This document shows, piece after piece, positions 32,187-42,239 of a stretch of DNA of 64,000 nucleotides (position 1 is the first letter of the stretch; each line of letters begins with the position of its first letter). The position numbers were made by a program, and so were the translations under genes. The notes under the pieces were generated by a model. The model worked only from the letters and a program-made list of their open reading frames with translations, was not told the origin of the DNA and searched no databases. Source of the stretch: a virus; IMG/VR virus record IMGVR_UViG_3300012943_000002, positions 36,718 to 100,717 of that record; one strand, 5' to 3'.

Positions 32187-34587
32187 CTTGATTTTGATTT
32201 ATTGTTAATAATAATTGCAATTTGGTTTTACCTTTAAATATGTCAAGCATCTTTATTAGGTTAGCTTCATACTCTAATTGTCTTTTATCCTTTAGATAAA
32301 ATTTATTAGGTAATCTTAATTTTTTATACTTTAAGTAGCTTATATATTCCTTTCTATCTTCTTTATTACCAGGAAGTCCACTTATTGTATTCTCAAATGG
32401 TATTTTAATATTTGAATACTTTTTATCCATATACTCAAACATCTCTTTCATTTCAGGATGAACCTTAATCTCTACACCTTTAATAAGCTCTGATATATAT
32501 ACATATCCATTCCTATATTTATTTATAAGTTTGTCTAACTTATTCATATCTTCCTCATAGTTAGGAACTAGACTACATTTCAAATACTTATTCTCTCCTA
32601 TATCCGATTCACGCATTTTATCAAATAACCATGATGCTGAATATATCCTACTAAAATATTTTGTTTTTATAAAATCTTCCCAATATATAGTTTTTCTAGC
32701 TCCTATTACAGAACTCTCAATATTTCTAGCTATCTGAATAACCATGAAAGCTTTTTCCATATTTATATAGCTATTTTTCCATCTAATAGTAGCTACATTT
32801 TCAAATACAAGTCTGGCTATATCTTCTAGCTTTCTTTTATCTTCTCTAAAACCATATACTAATATACCTGTCCTATGAGTAATATCCCATTCTTTTATAT
32901 TCGCACTTTCTGAAAAATTTACACCTCTTATTTTCCTAACAAATACTTGCTTATTTTTCTTTCTTTTAAAAGCTAGAGATTGCTCAAGCATTCTTCTTTT
33001 ATAGTCTGCTAACCATTCATTACTAGGTCTAAAGTCTTTATAACTTCCTATAGAATTTTCCTTAACTATACCTTCTATTATCTTATTGTAATTATAGATA
33101 AGTCTAGCTTTACCATTTTCTCTTTTAGTATTACCTATACCTAATTCTATACCAATATCGTGAAAGTTAAAATCTCTCTTTCTAAATAAGGTTATAGTAC
33201 CACGATTTCCAAAAGTCATATATGTTTCTGATATGAAAGCATTAGTATATTTAGAAAGCTTGTCATTTTTATCTAGAATAATATACCCCTGATTGATAAT
33301 ATCTTCATTTTTTATACTAGTACCAAAAACAATTGGACTATAATTCTCTCCTGTAACACTTCCAGCCTTCTCCCACCCAAAAAATAGTTGCAAAGGAGTT
33401 CTTTTTAATCCTAGTTCGCTTAGAGGTTTAAACTTATAACTTTTAGATAGACTACTATATTTCCATAACTGAAGTTTATGTCCTTTTTCATTATTAAAAA
33501 CTAGAGAGGTAGTACTTCTTATAACCTCATTATACTTCTTTAAGGTCTCTATCTCTGGATTTTGTTTATTAAATAGATCAGTAATTTCCTCTACAGCTAA
33601 TTCCAGTTTATCTTGGATTAACTTCTTTGCTTCATCAGTATATCTTATACTTTCTCTATTAGGAGTAATTTGTAAATCTCCTATTTCAAATTTTAACCCT
33701 ATTGGAATTGACATAATATCCCTTCCTATATTTATATGCTTAGTATCAATAGCATACCTAACTTTTCCTATACAAATATGTATGTTAGTGTTGCTCTGAT
33801 TTATATCTGATCTAAATATAAAATTCTTTCCTTCATATATTTCATAGTTATTACTATTACTAAACCCCTTAAAATATACATTATCAAAATAAGTAAGTTG
33901 ATCTGCAAGCTCTTTTGTAAACTTTGACAGGTCACCATCTTTTATTATTATTTTAATAATAGTTCCATTTCTATCTTCTGTAGATGTACCTACTGGAATT
34001 TTCTTATTCCTAGTTCTAAGAATAGGTTCTTCTAATTCCACTTCTTCCCCATCTTCTATAATAGTAGTCTGATAATATTCTTCCTCTACAGTTTCATATC
34101 CACTAAGACTTTCTATAGTAGGTTTACTTTCTCCTTTATGATAGATATATTCATATTTTAAACCATCATATACAGTAGTAATATAGAAAAAGTCTGTATA
34201 GGAAAGTGGAGTTTTACTACCTAGTCCAAATCCGCCTATCATATCATTAGTCTCTCTCTTAGTAGATGAGAAATAGTTCATATAAACATTGTAAATCCTG
34301 TCTACAGATAAACCTACACCAAAATCTTGAAATTCTATATAATGACCTTCTTCTGGATCATATCCTTGACTAATAATAACAGGCTCATCTACTCCTGCTT
34401 CTTGATGAGAATCAAAACAATTAGAAGTTATCTCCCTAATTATACTACCAATAGGATTAGAATAAAACTGAGTAGATAGAATTTCAAACATAAAAGGTAA
34501 ACTTTCATTTGATATTCCAGCTTGTACTCCCTCATCAGTATCTCCTAATCTCTCTATATCTAATACTTTAAGTTTCTTTAATATCAT
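32128..34587 (-). CDS. RIIA-like protein with N-terminal GHKL/HATPase domain
   Basis: YSNPIGSIIREITSNCFDSH, DFGVGLS, YFSSTK, GGFGLGSK, NGT boxes. Confidence 0.85.
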   Translation of the reverse strand: MILKKLKVLDIERLGDTDEGVQAGISNESLPFMFEILSTQFYSNPIGSIIREITSNCFDSHQEAGVDEPVIISQGYDPEEGHYIEFQDFGVGLSVDRIYNVYMNYFSSTKRETNDMIGGFGLGSKTPLSYTDFFYITTVYDGLKYEYIYHKGESKPTIESLSGYETVEEEYYQTTIIEDGEEVELEEPILRTRNKKIPVGTSTEDRNGTIIKIIIKDGDLSKFTKELADQLTYFDNVYFKGFSNSNNYEIYEGKNFIFRSDINQSNTNIHICIGKVRYAIDTKHINIGRDIMSIPIGLKFEIGDLQITPNRESIRYTDEAKKLIQDKLELAVEEITDLFNKQNPEIETLKKYNEVIRSTTSLVFNNEKGHKLQLWKYSSLSKSYKFKPLSELGLKRTPLQLFFGWEKAGSVTGENYSPIVFGTSIKNEDIINQGYIILDKNDKLSKYTNAFISETYMTFGNRGTITLFRKRDFNFHDIGIELGIGNTKRENGKARLIYNYNKIIEGIVKENSIGSYKDFRPSNEWLADYKRRMLEQSLAFKRKKNKQVFVRKIRGVNFSESANIKEWDITHRTGILVYGFREDKRKLEDIARLVFENVATIRWKNSYINMEKAFMVIQIARNIESSVIGARKTIYWEDFIKTKYFSRIYSASWLFDKMRESDIGENKYLKCSLVPNYEEDMNKLDKLINKYRNGYVYISELIKGVEIKVHPEMKEMFEYMDKKYSNIKIPFENTISGLPGNKEDRKEYISYLKYKKLRLPNKFYLKDKRQLEYEANLIKMLDIFKGKTKLQLLLTINQNQDGNENSSNNTEETEGSEED

Positions 34588-34590
34588 GCT

Positions 34591-34830
34591 TTAATTTTTA
34601 ACTCTTTTTATTAAATGCTTTTTATTAGTAGTAACATCATATTCCCATACACTACCTCTCCACAAGTTAATCATCCTAGCAGTGCTTTCATCTTTATACA
34701 TTAACTTAAATCTCTTCTTACTGTTATATAAGAATCCAGTAACTATGTAAAACTTATCTTCCAGAACAGCATCCATCTTATGATTCTGAATGGACTGTAC
34801 TATACTTGATATTTGATCTATCCTATTCAT
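34591..34830 (-). CDS. Hypothetical protein
   Basis: ORF in operon (INLWRGSVW motif). Confidence 0.6.
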   Translation of the reverse strand: MNRIDQISSIVQSIQNHKMDAVLEDKFYIVTGFLYNSKKRFKLMYKDESTARMINLWRGSVWEYDVTTNKKHLIKRVKN

Positions 34831-35158
34831 CTAATACATTTTTAATTACATTACAAAAATTTTGAAATACTGACTTAATCCAGTCTATAACTTCACTAAG
34901 TTCACTTTCTATACTAAATCTTTTCTCATAAACTGAATTTTGATAATAAGAAGTTCTACACATGAAACAATTAAACATATTGTCTTTATTGAAATCATAT
35001 AGATTTAAACAAAAGGATAGTAGACCTTCACTATCTGGTTTTACTAAAGTTATATTTATACTTTCCAGAACTTTATTATCTCTAAAAGTGTGTTTTAGTT
35101 TAAAACCTTTAAATTCAGGTAATATGTTATATCCTTCTTTTATTTCACTTATTTTCAT
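34823..35158 (-). CDS. Hypothetical protein
   Basis: ORF in operon. Confidence 0.55.
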   Translation of the reverse strand: MKISEIKEGYNILPEFKGFKLKHTFRDNKVLESINITLVKPDSEGLLSFCLNLYDFNKDNMFNCFMCRTSYYQNSVYEKRFSIESELSEVIDWIKSVFQNFCNVIKNVLDE

Positions 35159-35769
35159 GTGGTCTTCTTTATATGGTTATTGAATATTTCTTCTTTATCT
35201 GGTGGAAAATCTAGCTCTCCTTCATACTCCTCTGGAACTAAGCTAGTACCAAATTGTTCATTAAGTATTTCTACAAATCTTACTTTGTAATTATGATCTT
35301 TTATAATTACTTTTTTATACTGTAACTTTCCTTTAAATAATATATCTACATCTTCCTTATCATACATCTCACTATAACTACCTAATTTGAAAGTTTCAAA
35401 TGAACTATAATATTTTACGGGTAGTTTTATAATTACCATGTGCAAGATAGAGGTTAGTATATTACCAAATATATAATCATCTTCATACATATCTTGCTCT
35501 CTGATCCAGTCCAAAAAGTTTAGAAAAAATTCAGTAGCAATAGTACTATTTATCAATATAAATATATGTTTCTCATGCTTTATTCCTCTATTAGATACTA
35601 TAATATCTCCTATTCCTACAGCTACTTTATACACACTATCTAATCTACTAGTAAAATCTGTACCATATTCTTTCAAACATGGTAACAGATATTTTCTAGT
35701 TTTATTAGCTAAGATGGGTCTTTTATCAGTTGTATTCATAGTTACCTCTCCAATCTGTATCTTTGTCAT
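35155..35769 (-). CDS. Conserved crAss-like hypothetical protein
   Basis: NKTRKYLLP...F..GSYSEMY pattern, next to the nuclease gene. Confidence 0.6.
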   Translation of the reverse strand: MTKIQIGEVTMNTTDKRPILANKTRKYLLPCLKEYGTDFTSRLDSVYKVAVGIGDIIVSNRGIKHEKHIFILINSTIATEFFLNFLDWIREQDMYEDDYIFGNILTSILHMVIIKLPVKYYSSFETFKLGSYSEMYDKEDVDILFKGKLQYKKVIIKDHNYKVRFVEILNEQFGTSLVPEEYEGELDFPPDKEEIFNNHIKKTT

Positions 35770-35772
35770 AGC

Positions 35773-36927
35773 TTAAAATATTTCGTTATATTCAAATTGT
35801 CCATCTACCCATACTATTCCATTAGTATCCTTAAATCTCTCCTCTATAGAATAATCAATAATCTTCCATCTCTTATATATCTCCACTCCCTGAAAATATC
35901 CACCAATATAACTCCTATTTTTATCTCCCACGATACCTGTTTCAATTAAATCAGAAGTCATTACATATATCATAGGAGTACCGGGTTTAAGTGTAGATTC
36001 CACTACAAAAGCTGGATTAGCAAAAGTATAATCACTAATATCTTTTCCTATAAGTTTACTAATAGTAGCTAGATTTTCTTTAACTCCTTTTTGATAGAAG
36101 CTACCTTGTATATCGTACCTTCTTAATCTAAAACTTTGATTAAACCTCAGCACATAATCTCCCATAGTTTTAATATCTATGTCATATATCTTCTTTTGAC
36201 CATGATTTATTCTTAGTAAATCTGGTAATACTTTACACATAACTCCATTAAATTCAAAAAATAATGGCATCTGATATATAAGATCAACATCTTTACCATC
36301 TACAAACAGATTTTTAGTATGTTTATGATTTAGTATATTATAAGATACTTCTACTATCTTATTCTTTTCAGACTCAGATAATAGTTGTTTTCCTTGACTT
36401 GATATTAATTCTTCCCAATATTTAGCTACTGTACCATCTCCTAGAAATCCTTCTACCCTTTTATCATCTTTCCAAGTTCTTTCATCAATCTTACCTTTAA
36501 CTAGTTTATCACTAGGAATTTTTCTGTTCATATAATAACTATGCTCATTACAGCTACGATAAAGCTGTTCAGAATAGTCTTTTATGTTATTAGAAATAGG
36601 TCTTGATAATAAGTGATTTGTTTGAAGCTCTTCATCAAATACTTTTCTAACTATAGACATCACTGTATCAGGTGGCTTATTAATTAAAGTACTATAAGCA
36701 TATTTACTATTAAATGACTCTAATCCCTGTGTAATAATATGATCTACTGCATTACCTATTGTGAAATGTTCTTTCTCTTCATAATATCTTTCAGTACTCA
36801 GTAGTTCATCCTCCATATCTGCAAACTTCTGTATACCATCTTTAAGTATAACTTTAATACCTGATTGATTTAAAGCTGGTGCTGCAAAATAGTATTGTAT
36901 TTCTTCTTCTGTGTGTCTATATATCAT
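35773..36927 (-). CDS. PD-(D/E)xK exonuclease (RecE/ExoVIII-like)
   Basis: YFAAPALNQSGIK start, GNAVD, KVLPD...DIDIKT, YDIQGSFY. Confidence 0.8.
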   Translation of the reverse strand: MIYRHTEEEIQYYFAAPALNQSGIKVILKDGIQKFADMEDELLSTERYYEEKEHFTIGNAVDHIITQGLESFNSKYAYSTLINKPPDTVMSIVRKVFDEELQTNHLLSRPISNNIKDYSEQLYRSCNEHSYYMNRKIPSDKLVKGKIDERTWKDDKRVEGFLGDGTVAKYWEELISSQGKQLLSESEKNKIVEVSYNILNHKHTKNLFVDGKDVDLIYQMPLFFEFNGVMCKVLPDLLRINHGQKKIYDIDIKTMGDYVLRFNQSFRLRRYDIQGSFYQKGVKENLATISKLIGKDISDYTFANPAFVVESTLKPGTPMIYVMTSDLIETGIVGDKNRSYIGGYFQGVEIYKRWKIIDYSIEERFKDTNGIVWVDGQFEYNEIF

Positions 36928-37204
36928 TTATATTATTTTTAAGATTGTTTATAAATACATGATAAACTTCTCCATTAGCTAATTGAAATGTACCTATATT
37001 CTCTTCATTTTCATCTATGGCTTCTCCTGTAGCATATATACCAATAATTCTTTTTATACTTTTATTTTTAGAACTATTTTTGTGTTTTATCCATAATTTA
37101 GGTCTTTCTAACTGTAATCCTAAATATACTATTTCACTATCTTCTGGTATATGTATTTCTTGATAATCTCTCATTTCTAAAGAGTATTTGTATATTATAT
37201 TCAT
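36917..37204 (-). CDS. Small conserved phage protein (IYKY...TG...IGT.Q...VYHVF family)
   Basis: Motif pattern of a widespread phage family of unknown function. Confidence 0.65.
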   Translation of the reverse strand: MNIIYKYSLEMRDYQEIHIPEDSEIVYLGLQLERPKLWIKHKNSSKNKSIKRIIGIYATGEAIDENEENIGTFQLANGEVYHVFINNLKNNINDI

Positions 37205-37590
37205 ATAAATTCATATTTAGGCTGTTTAACTACTCTTATTATAACTCCAGGATTATCTTTATCTACTTTAAATCTACCAAATATGGGAACTACTTGGTAA
37301 GCATTATCATCATTAATCCATTGATAGTGTACCATCTCATCCATTATAGTTTCAGTTGGTCCAATATAATCAAATAAAGCTCCTCCTTTTCTAATATAAG
37401 TAAGATGAACAAATAGGGGCATAGGATTATTTTTAACAATGGATTGAAACAACTCTGCATATCTAACCCAATAATCTTTAGTATTTTTCTTCCAAAGTCT
37501 AGTTGCTTTACTATCAACTATACCCCACTTTGTTTTAATCTTACCATTTTTAGAGCTTGGTACATTATATGGTATAAAAATTTCTACCAT
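37201..37590 (-). CDS. RusA-like Holliday junction resolvase
   Basis: VPSSKN, FDY....TIMD.....WINDDN, DKDNPGV. Confidence 0.75.
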   Translation of the reverse strand: MVEIFIPYNVPSSKNGKIKTKWGIVDSKATRLWKKNTKDYWVRYAELFQSIVKNNPMPLFVHLTYIRKGGALFDYIGPTETIMDEMVHYQWINDDNAYQVVPIFGRFKVDKDNPGVIIRVVKQPKYEFI

Positions 37591-38312
37591 ACTATAGCAC
37601 CTTTATCTTGATGTTTTAATATTTGATTGCACATACTAAAATGATTACAACCACTAAACCTAGGAGTTCTAGAAGGATCATAAGCCTCTGCTACAGGATG
37701 TGGAGCTTGTAATACTCCATTATTAGGTATAACTACATCAATATTATCTTGATTTATAATTACATGGTGATCTATATAACTTAGGTAATTCTGTGCTTTA
37801 GTCCCCCAAAGCATCCATATAGAAGGTTGTTTAGTAGAAATAATATGTACTATCTGTCTAGTGAACCATTGCCATATTAGAGTATGAGAATTAGGTTTCT
37901 TATCTTCTACTGTAAGAGCAGAATTTAATAGGAATACTCCCTGTTTCCACCAATGTTCTAAAGTTTTCCAATTTACAATATCTGGATAATTGACTTGAGA
38001 GAACATCTCTTTCTCAGGATATATAGTTCTCTCTATCTCTTTTTTAATTATAATAAGAGATTGTGGAGTATTTTTATCTGTTCTAACTCCAAATGCTAAA
38101 CCTGTAGCTTCTCCATTAGGATAAGGGTCTTGTCCAAGTATTACTACTTTAATTCTATCCATAGGCATTCTAAATACCTTGAACACATCTTCTTTTTTAG
38201 GATAATAGTATCCTTTAGATACAGTATCTAGTACCATACTCATCTTTATATCATCAAATAGTGGCTGTAAATCTTCATGCCATGATTCATGTATTGTCTT
38301 TGGTATTATCAT
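37584..38312 (-). CDS. ung: Uracil-DNA glycosylase, family 1
   Basis: KVVILGQDPYP, ATGLAF, QGVFLLNSALTV, LWG, APHP. Confidence 0.96.
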   Translation of the reverse strand: MIIPKTIHESWHEDLQPLFDDIKMSMVLDTVSKGYYYPKKEDVFKVFRMPMDRIKVVILGQDPYPNGEATGLAFGVRTDKNTPQSLIIIKKEIERTIYPEKEMFSQVNYPDIVNWKTLEHWWKQGVFLLNSALTVEDKKPNSHTLIWQWFTRQIVHIISTKQPSIWMLWGTKAQNYLSYIDHHVIINQDNIDVVIPNNGVLQAPHPVAEAYDPSRTPRFSGCNHFSMCNQILKHQDKGAIVW

Positions 38313-38315
38313 TCT

Positions 38316-38501
38316 CTAGTGTTTAATTTTATTATCTGGATATAATTCATTATATTTCTCTATCATATTATATAACTCAACTCCTTCTCTAGCCTTTTGA
38401 TAGTCTCCTGCTCGTTTTAAACCTTTATACCACCTATATAAAAATGGTATTTTTATAATCCATCCTATAAAAACTCCAAAAAGAAAGTATATCCAAGTCA
38501 T
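38316..38501 (-). CDS. Small membrane protein
   Basis: N-terminal hydrophobic helix. Confidence 0.55.
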   Translation of the reverse strand: MTWIYFLFGVFIGWIIKIPFLYRWYKGLKRAGDYQKAREGVELYNMIEKYNELYPDNKIKH

Positions 38502-39508
38502 GTCTTTAAAATTTTAGTTAACAATCTAAGAGTATCTTGTCTTCCTTCCTTTGCTACAAACTCTCCTGCATCTTTTATAGGCTTATATTGAATGGGTATG
38601 TATCTAATGAATATCTTATGACTTGGAGAAAAAGAGATCAGAGTCTTGTATAATTTGTAGGCGGCTCTAAATCCCGGATAATCATTGTCAAAAAAAATTA
38701 TGACCTCCTTGAACCTTGAAAGCAGGTTTTTTAAGATGTATTCGTCAGGCTCACAGCCTTCATTCATTAACCAAATTACATTATGGAAACCTAATACATT
38801 TCTAATTACTCTATGATCTTTATATGACTTGGTTATTATAAGTCTATCTCCCCAATGTGGTAAGTTATCTATATTACCTATATCATTTTCATTACAATTA
38901 GTAACAAATTTCATACTATCTTTGGGCATGTATATCTTTACTCTGGATATGAAATCTATAGCATAGCATATATTAGAAGGATGTCTTGAGAATACACCTT
39001 TATTATTACTTTTGGTAAATTTACTTACTGCTAGTACATTATCTTCTTTTAGATTATCTATAGAGATTAGAAACGTATTCCAATACTTCCTATCTTTAGA
39101 TTCATAATCTCTAGCTATATATTCTATTACGGTTTCATAGCTCTTTCCTTTAATCTTAGCATATTCTATAGGTTTATAGTCTGTACTATCTCTAGATAAT
39201 TCAAATTTATTGCAGATAAGGTTTAATGCTTGAGTTAAATTTAGTCTTGGATTGTAATTATCCATTACCATTTTGAAACAACTTCTATGAGTAGAACCTG
39301 TTCTATCTCCAAAATCTACAAACAGTATAATTCCATCTTCTCTTTGAGTAAAGAAGCATTTAGGTCTATGATCTTCTCTAAATGGAGATTTATAAAGATT
39401 ACCAATTACTACTGGCTCACCTATTACCCATTCAAATATCTTAGTTTGGTCTACTACTTGTAATAAGTGTTCTGGTGTAATATCACTGTGTTCATAATAT
39501 CCATACAT
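38498..39508 (-). CDS. DNA primase (crAss-like DnaG/Toprim)
   Basis: SPFREDHRPKC, LIITKSYKD, NEG, FFDNDYPG, KDAGEF; likely start MYGYY at 39508. Confidence 0.88.
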   Translation of the reverse strand: MYGYYEHSDITPEHLLQVVDQTKIFEWVIGEPVVIGNLYKSPFREDHRPKCFFTQREDGIILFVDFGDRTGSTHRSCFKMVMDNYNPRLNLTQALNLICNKFELSRDSTDYKPIEYAKIKGKSYETVIEYIARDYESKDRKYWNTFLISIDNLKEDNVLAVSKFTKSNNKGVFSRHPSNICYAIDFISRVKIYMPKDSMKFVTNCNENDIGNIDNLPHWGDRLIITKSYKDHRVIRNVLGFHNVIWLMNEGCEPDEYILKNLLSRFKEVIIFFDNDYPGFRAAYKLYKTLISFSPSHKIFIRYIPIQYKPIKDAGEFVAKEGRQDTLRLLTKILKT

Positions 39509-39738
39509 AATTTTGAGAATTAAAAATAGAAATAGGGGGAGTTTACTTCGATGCACTCTACAATAAACCCCCTATTTATCAAATATTGCAATCTCCTGCA
39601 AAGGAGTATTGATAGCCATTGCCTTTCATGGTTATACAGGTTGGTCTTTGTCTCTTTAATAAAATAATAAAGGCAGTAAAGAAATAAATCTCTACTGCCC
39701 TCTACCTTTGAATCTTGAAAACCTATCTCACAAAATTA

Positions 39739-40524
39739 TTACCATGTTTCAGTAGTGACAGGAGCAGCATTTTGTTGACTATCAGAATTTGCAGTGCCAG
39801 TGGCATCACCTCCTGTATTAGTATCATTTACCGCTGTACTATCACTCTGTTGTTTAGCAAAATTATTATTCATAAACCAGCCTGTCCTTACAAATGGATG
39901 TTTTTCTCCCTTTTCATTAACATAAGTAAGTGCTTCTTTTTCACTATCATCAGCTCCTTCTATTACTTTCTTATTCCAAGTACCAGCTTGTGCAGGTACT
40001 AACCATTTACCATGCTTTTGTTTAGTGGGAATTTCCAAATAAGTCCTACTTTTGTTATCTGGAATATTATACTGAAACTGCATAAATATATCCAGTGGTC
40101 TAGTAGAGAAATCTTTAGGTAACAATGCTGCTACTATAGTGCAATAGTCCTTAAAACTCTCTATTTTCTTAGCTACAGCTACTTCAAAAGTCTCCCTGCT
40201 TACAAAGCAATGTAAGATATGAAATATCTTAGCTTTAAAGTTAGCAAGTTCCTCTTTAAATTCAGCACTATTTCTATCTGTAGTCTCTCCACCACCTTTA
40301 ATAAATGCTTTAGTTACAGGAAATACCCTATAACTTTTTTCAGTAGCATTAATTTCAAATACAATATCTAATGCTTCTTGTTCAGTATTATCTTTACCTC
40401 CTGTTGGTGTCCATTCAAATTTCTTTAAGAATGTCTTACCTGCATTGAGTCCGAAATTAAAAGGACTTACTTTTACCTCATCACTTTCAAAACCACCATA
40501 ACCATTTTCTATGTCTTCTGCCAT
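39739..40524 (-). CDS. Putative single-stranded DNA-binding protein
   Basis: Position beside primase and AAA ATPase; low-complexity acidic tail ending in W. Confidence 0.55.
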   Translation of the reverse strand: MAEDIENGYGGFESDEVKVSPFNFGLNAGKTFLKKFEWTPTGGKDNTEQEALDIVFEINATEKSYRVFPVTKAFIKGGGETTDRNSAEFKEELANFKAKIFHILHCFVSRETFEVAVAKKIESFKDYCTIVAALLPKDFSTRPLDIFMQFQYNIPDNKSRTYLEIPTKQKHGKWLVPAQAGTWNKKVIEGADDSEKEALTYVNEKGEKHPFVRTGWFMNNNFAKQQSDSTAVNDTNTGGDATGTANSDSQQNAAPVTTETW

Positions 40525-40568
40525 TTTCTGTGTTTTTATTTACTTTGAATAATTGATTTAAAATAATA

Positions 40569-40596
40569 TAGAGGAGCAAATTGACTTACTCCTCTA
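40569..40596 (-). terminator. Hairpin, possible terminator
   Basis: tagaggag...ctcctcta inverted repeat followed on the minus strand by a T-rich run. Confidence 0.5.
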
Positions 40597-40616
40597 CATT
40601 TGAATAACTTTCTTAA

Positions 40617-41009
40617 TTACCAGTTTGATTCTGCCCCACTGTTATCTGCTTCCTGTAATGCAGGAGCTTCTGCTGTGTTAGCACTAGCATCTACTGTGGT
40701 ACTAGCAGCAGGTGTAGCTGATTTTGGAACGGGTGTAATATCATTACCATTTTCATCTTGTAATATGAATCCAATAGTAGCCCTGCTCTTACCACTAGAA
40801 GTTTTCCTAGAAGTATGTGTTTTAAGACCTTTAAGTCCTTCTGTTTTAAACAGAGTAACTACGTCTACTCTACGAAGACCATATTTTTCCTGAATATTAG
40901 CCTTTCCGGGATTTTCCTTATCAGGAAATCTTGCTAAACCATTCTTCAAATCTTCTTTGATCTGAGGAATTGTAAATACTGGTTTTTCTTTTACTGTTTC
41001 GTCTGCCAT
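40617..41009 (-). CDS. Hypothetical protein with acidic Ala/Thr-rich tail
   Basis: ORF downstream of a host-type promoter. Confidence 0.65.
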   Translation of the reverse strand: MADETVKEKPVFTIPQIKEDLKNGLARFPDKENPGKANIQEKYGLRRVDVVTLFKTEGLKGLKTHTSRKTSSGKSRATIGFILQDENGNDITPVPKSATPAASTTVDASANTAEAPALQEADNSGAESNW

Positions 41010-41058
41010 TTTTCTGTTGTTTTAATTGTTTGTAAATTATTGTGATAGTTTGTTAGTA

Positions 41059-41092
41059 CAAAGATAGTACATTTTTGATTACATACATCAAA
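41059..41092 (-). promoter_or_regulatory. Bacteroidota sigmaA-type promoter
   Basis: TATCTTTG (-7 TAnnTTTG, 41059-41066) with TTTG (41089-41092) 22 nt upstream on the minus strand. Confidence 0.65.
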
Positions 41093-41108
41093 CTTATACT
41101 TTTATTTC

Positions 41109-41771
41109 TTAAAATTCTGAAAGTTTTTCTATTATCATACCATAGTCATTGGGTATTTTTCCTTCAAACATATTCTGATGGCTTCTAGCTGTATTAAAAC
41201 CATTGTTTTGGGTCTCTAAAATAAAAGAAGGTTTCCCCCCATCCATTTCCACTCTGCTATACATAACAGTCTCCATTTTGCCCTCTAATTGCATTTTAGT
41301 GGCTATTTTTCCCAAAGTTTTTAATCTTTCCTTGGTATCATTACCAACCTTATAAGTTTCTGTATGTCCCAAAATGAAAGCATATCTGTCATCAGTAAAT
41401 CCTTTAGCGCCTAAAACCAGATCAATGTGATTAATAATATCTTTATAGCTTTTTGGAAGCCTATGGAACTTTGTAGGATTATTTTTCTTTCCATACTCCA
41501 ATCTACCACCTTCCCATACAGGATTCTTTTCATCTGCATTATACCATATATTAGTTTCATGCTCTAAGGTTCTCATACCACTACTTTTGCCAGTACCCGG
41601 TTCTCCAAGTATCATAATTGCTTCAAAACCTCTTTCTTGTATGTCATGTACAAGTTCATATATCTTCTTACCATAATCCATCCATTGGTCATGTCCCGGC
41701 TTTTTTGAATCTTCCATCCATTGATTAGTTTGAATGGCAGTTAATGTGTCTATTACTATTGATTTTATCAT
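41109..41771 (-). CDS. AAA_24/Sak4-like P-loop ATPase with permuted segment order
   Basis: ILGEPGTGKSS Walker A, IVIDT Walker B at N-terminus, FILGH, KTLGK, LEG, ETQNNGFNTARS, IPND. Confidence 0.85.
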   Translation of the reverse strand: MIKSIVIDTLTAIQTNQWMEDSKKPGHDQWMDYGKKIYELVHDIQERGFEAIMILGEPGTGKSSGMRTLEHETNIWYNADEKNPVWEGGRLEYGKKNNPTKFHRLPKSYKDIINHIDLVLGAKGFTDDRYAFILGHTETYKVGNDTKERLKTLGKIATKMQLEGKMETVMYSRVEMDGGKPSFILETQNNGFNTARSHQNMFEGKIPNDYGMIIEKLSEF

Positions 41772-41786
41772 ATTTTGTTTTTATTT

Positions 41787-42011
41787 TTATTTTCCATGTA
41801 CTATATAGTCATAAGCTGCTCTAACCAGTAGATATATAAAAAGTCCTACTATAGCAGTAGCTACCATTACTACTAATCCCATTCCCCACATTGCAAATAT
41901 TGGCATATCATTACCTATTGGAGCTATTCTATCAGCTATAATAAATGCACGATATGGAATTATTGCAACAAGTAACAAACAACCTATTAATTTTAATGTT
42001 CTTCTTATCAT
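41787..42011 (-). CDS. Small two-TM membrane protein
   Basis: Two hydrophobic segments. Confidence 0.6.
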   Translation of the reverse strand: MIRRTLKLIGCLLLVAIIPYRAFIIADRIAPIGNDMPIFAMWGMGLVVMVATAIVGLFIYLLVRAAYDYIVHGK

Positions 42012-42238
42012 ACTATTTTATTTAAGTTTTGCTTAACTTTTTCATCCCAATCCTTATTCAATTCATCTAGTTTTTCTGCTATACACCTCAATGCATAAGC
42101 TGACCAATTACCATTAACATTAGTATTAAAATAATAGTAGCCATCTATATCCAATGTAGTACACCCTAAATATGCTCCATTATCCCAATAAAACTTTTTT
42201 GAAATGGCATTACCTGTTACTTTTATTTTATTGTCCAT
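42008..42238 (-). CDS. Hypothetical protein
   Basis: DIDGYYYF...G.WS...LR.IA.KLDELN pattern. Confidence 0.6.
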   Translation of the reverse strand: MDNKIKVTGNAISKKFYWDNGAYLGCTTLDIDGYYYFNTNVNGNWSAYALRCIAEKLDELNKDWDEKVKQNLNKIV

Positions 42239-42239
42239 A

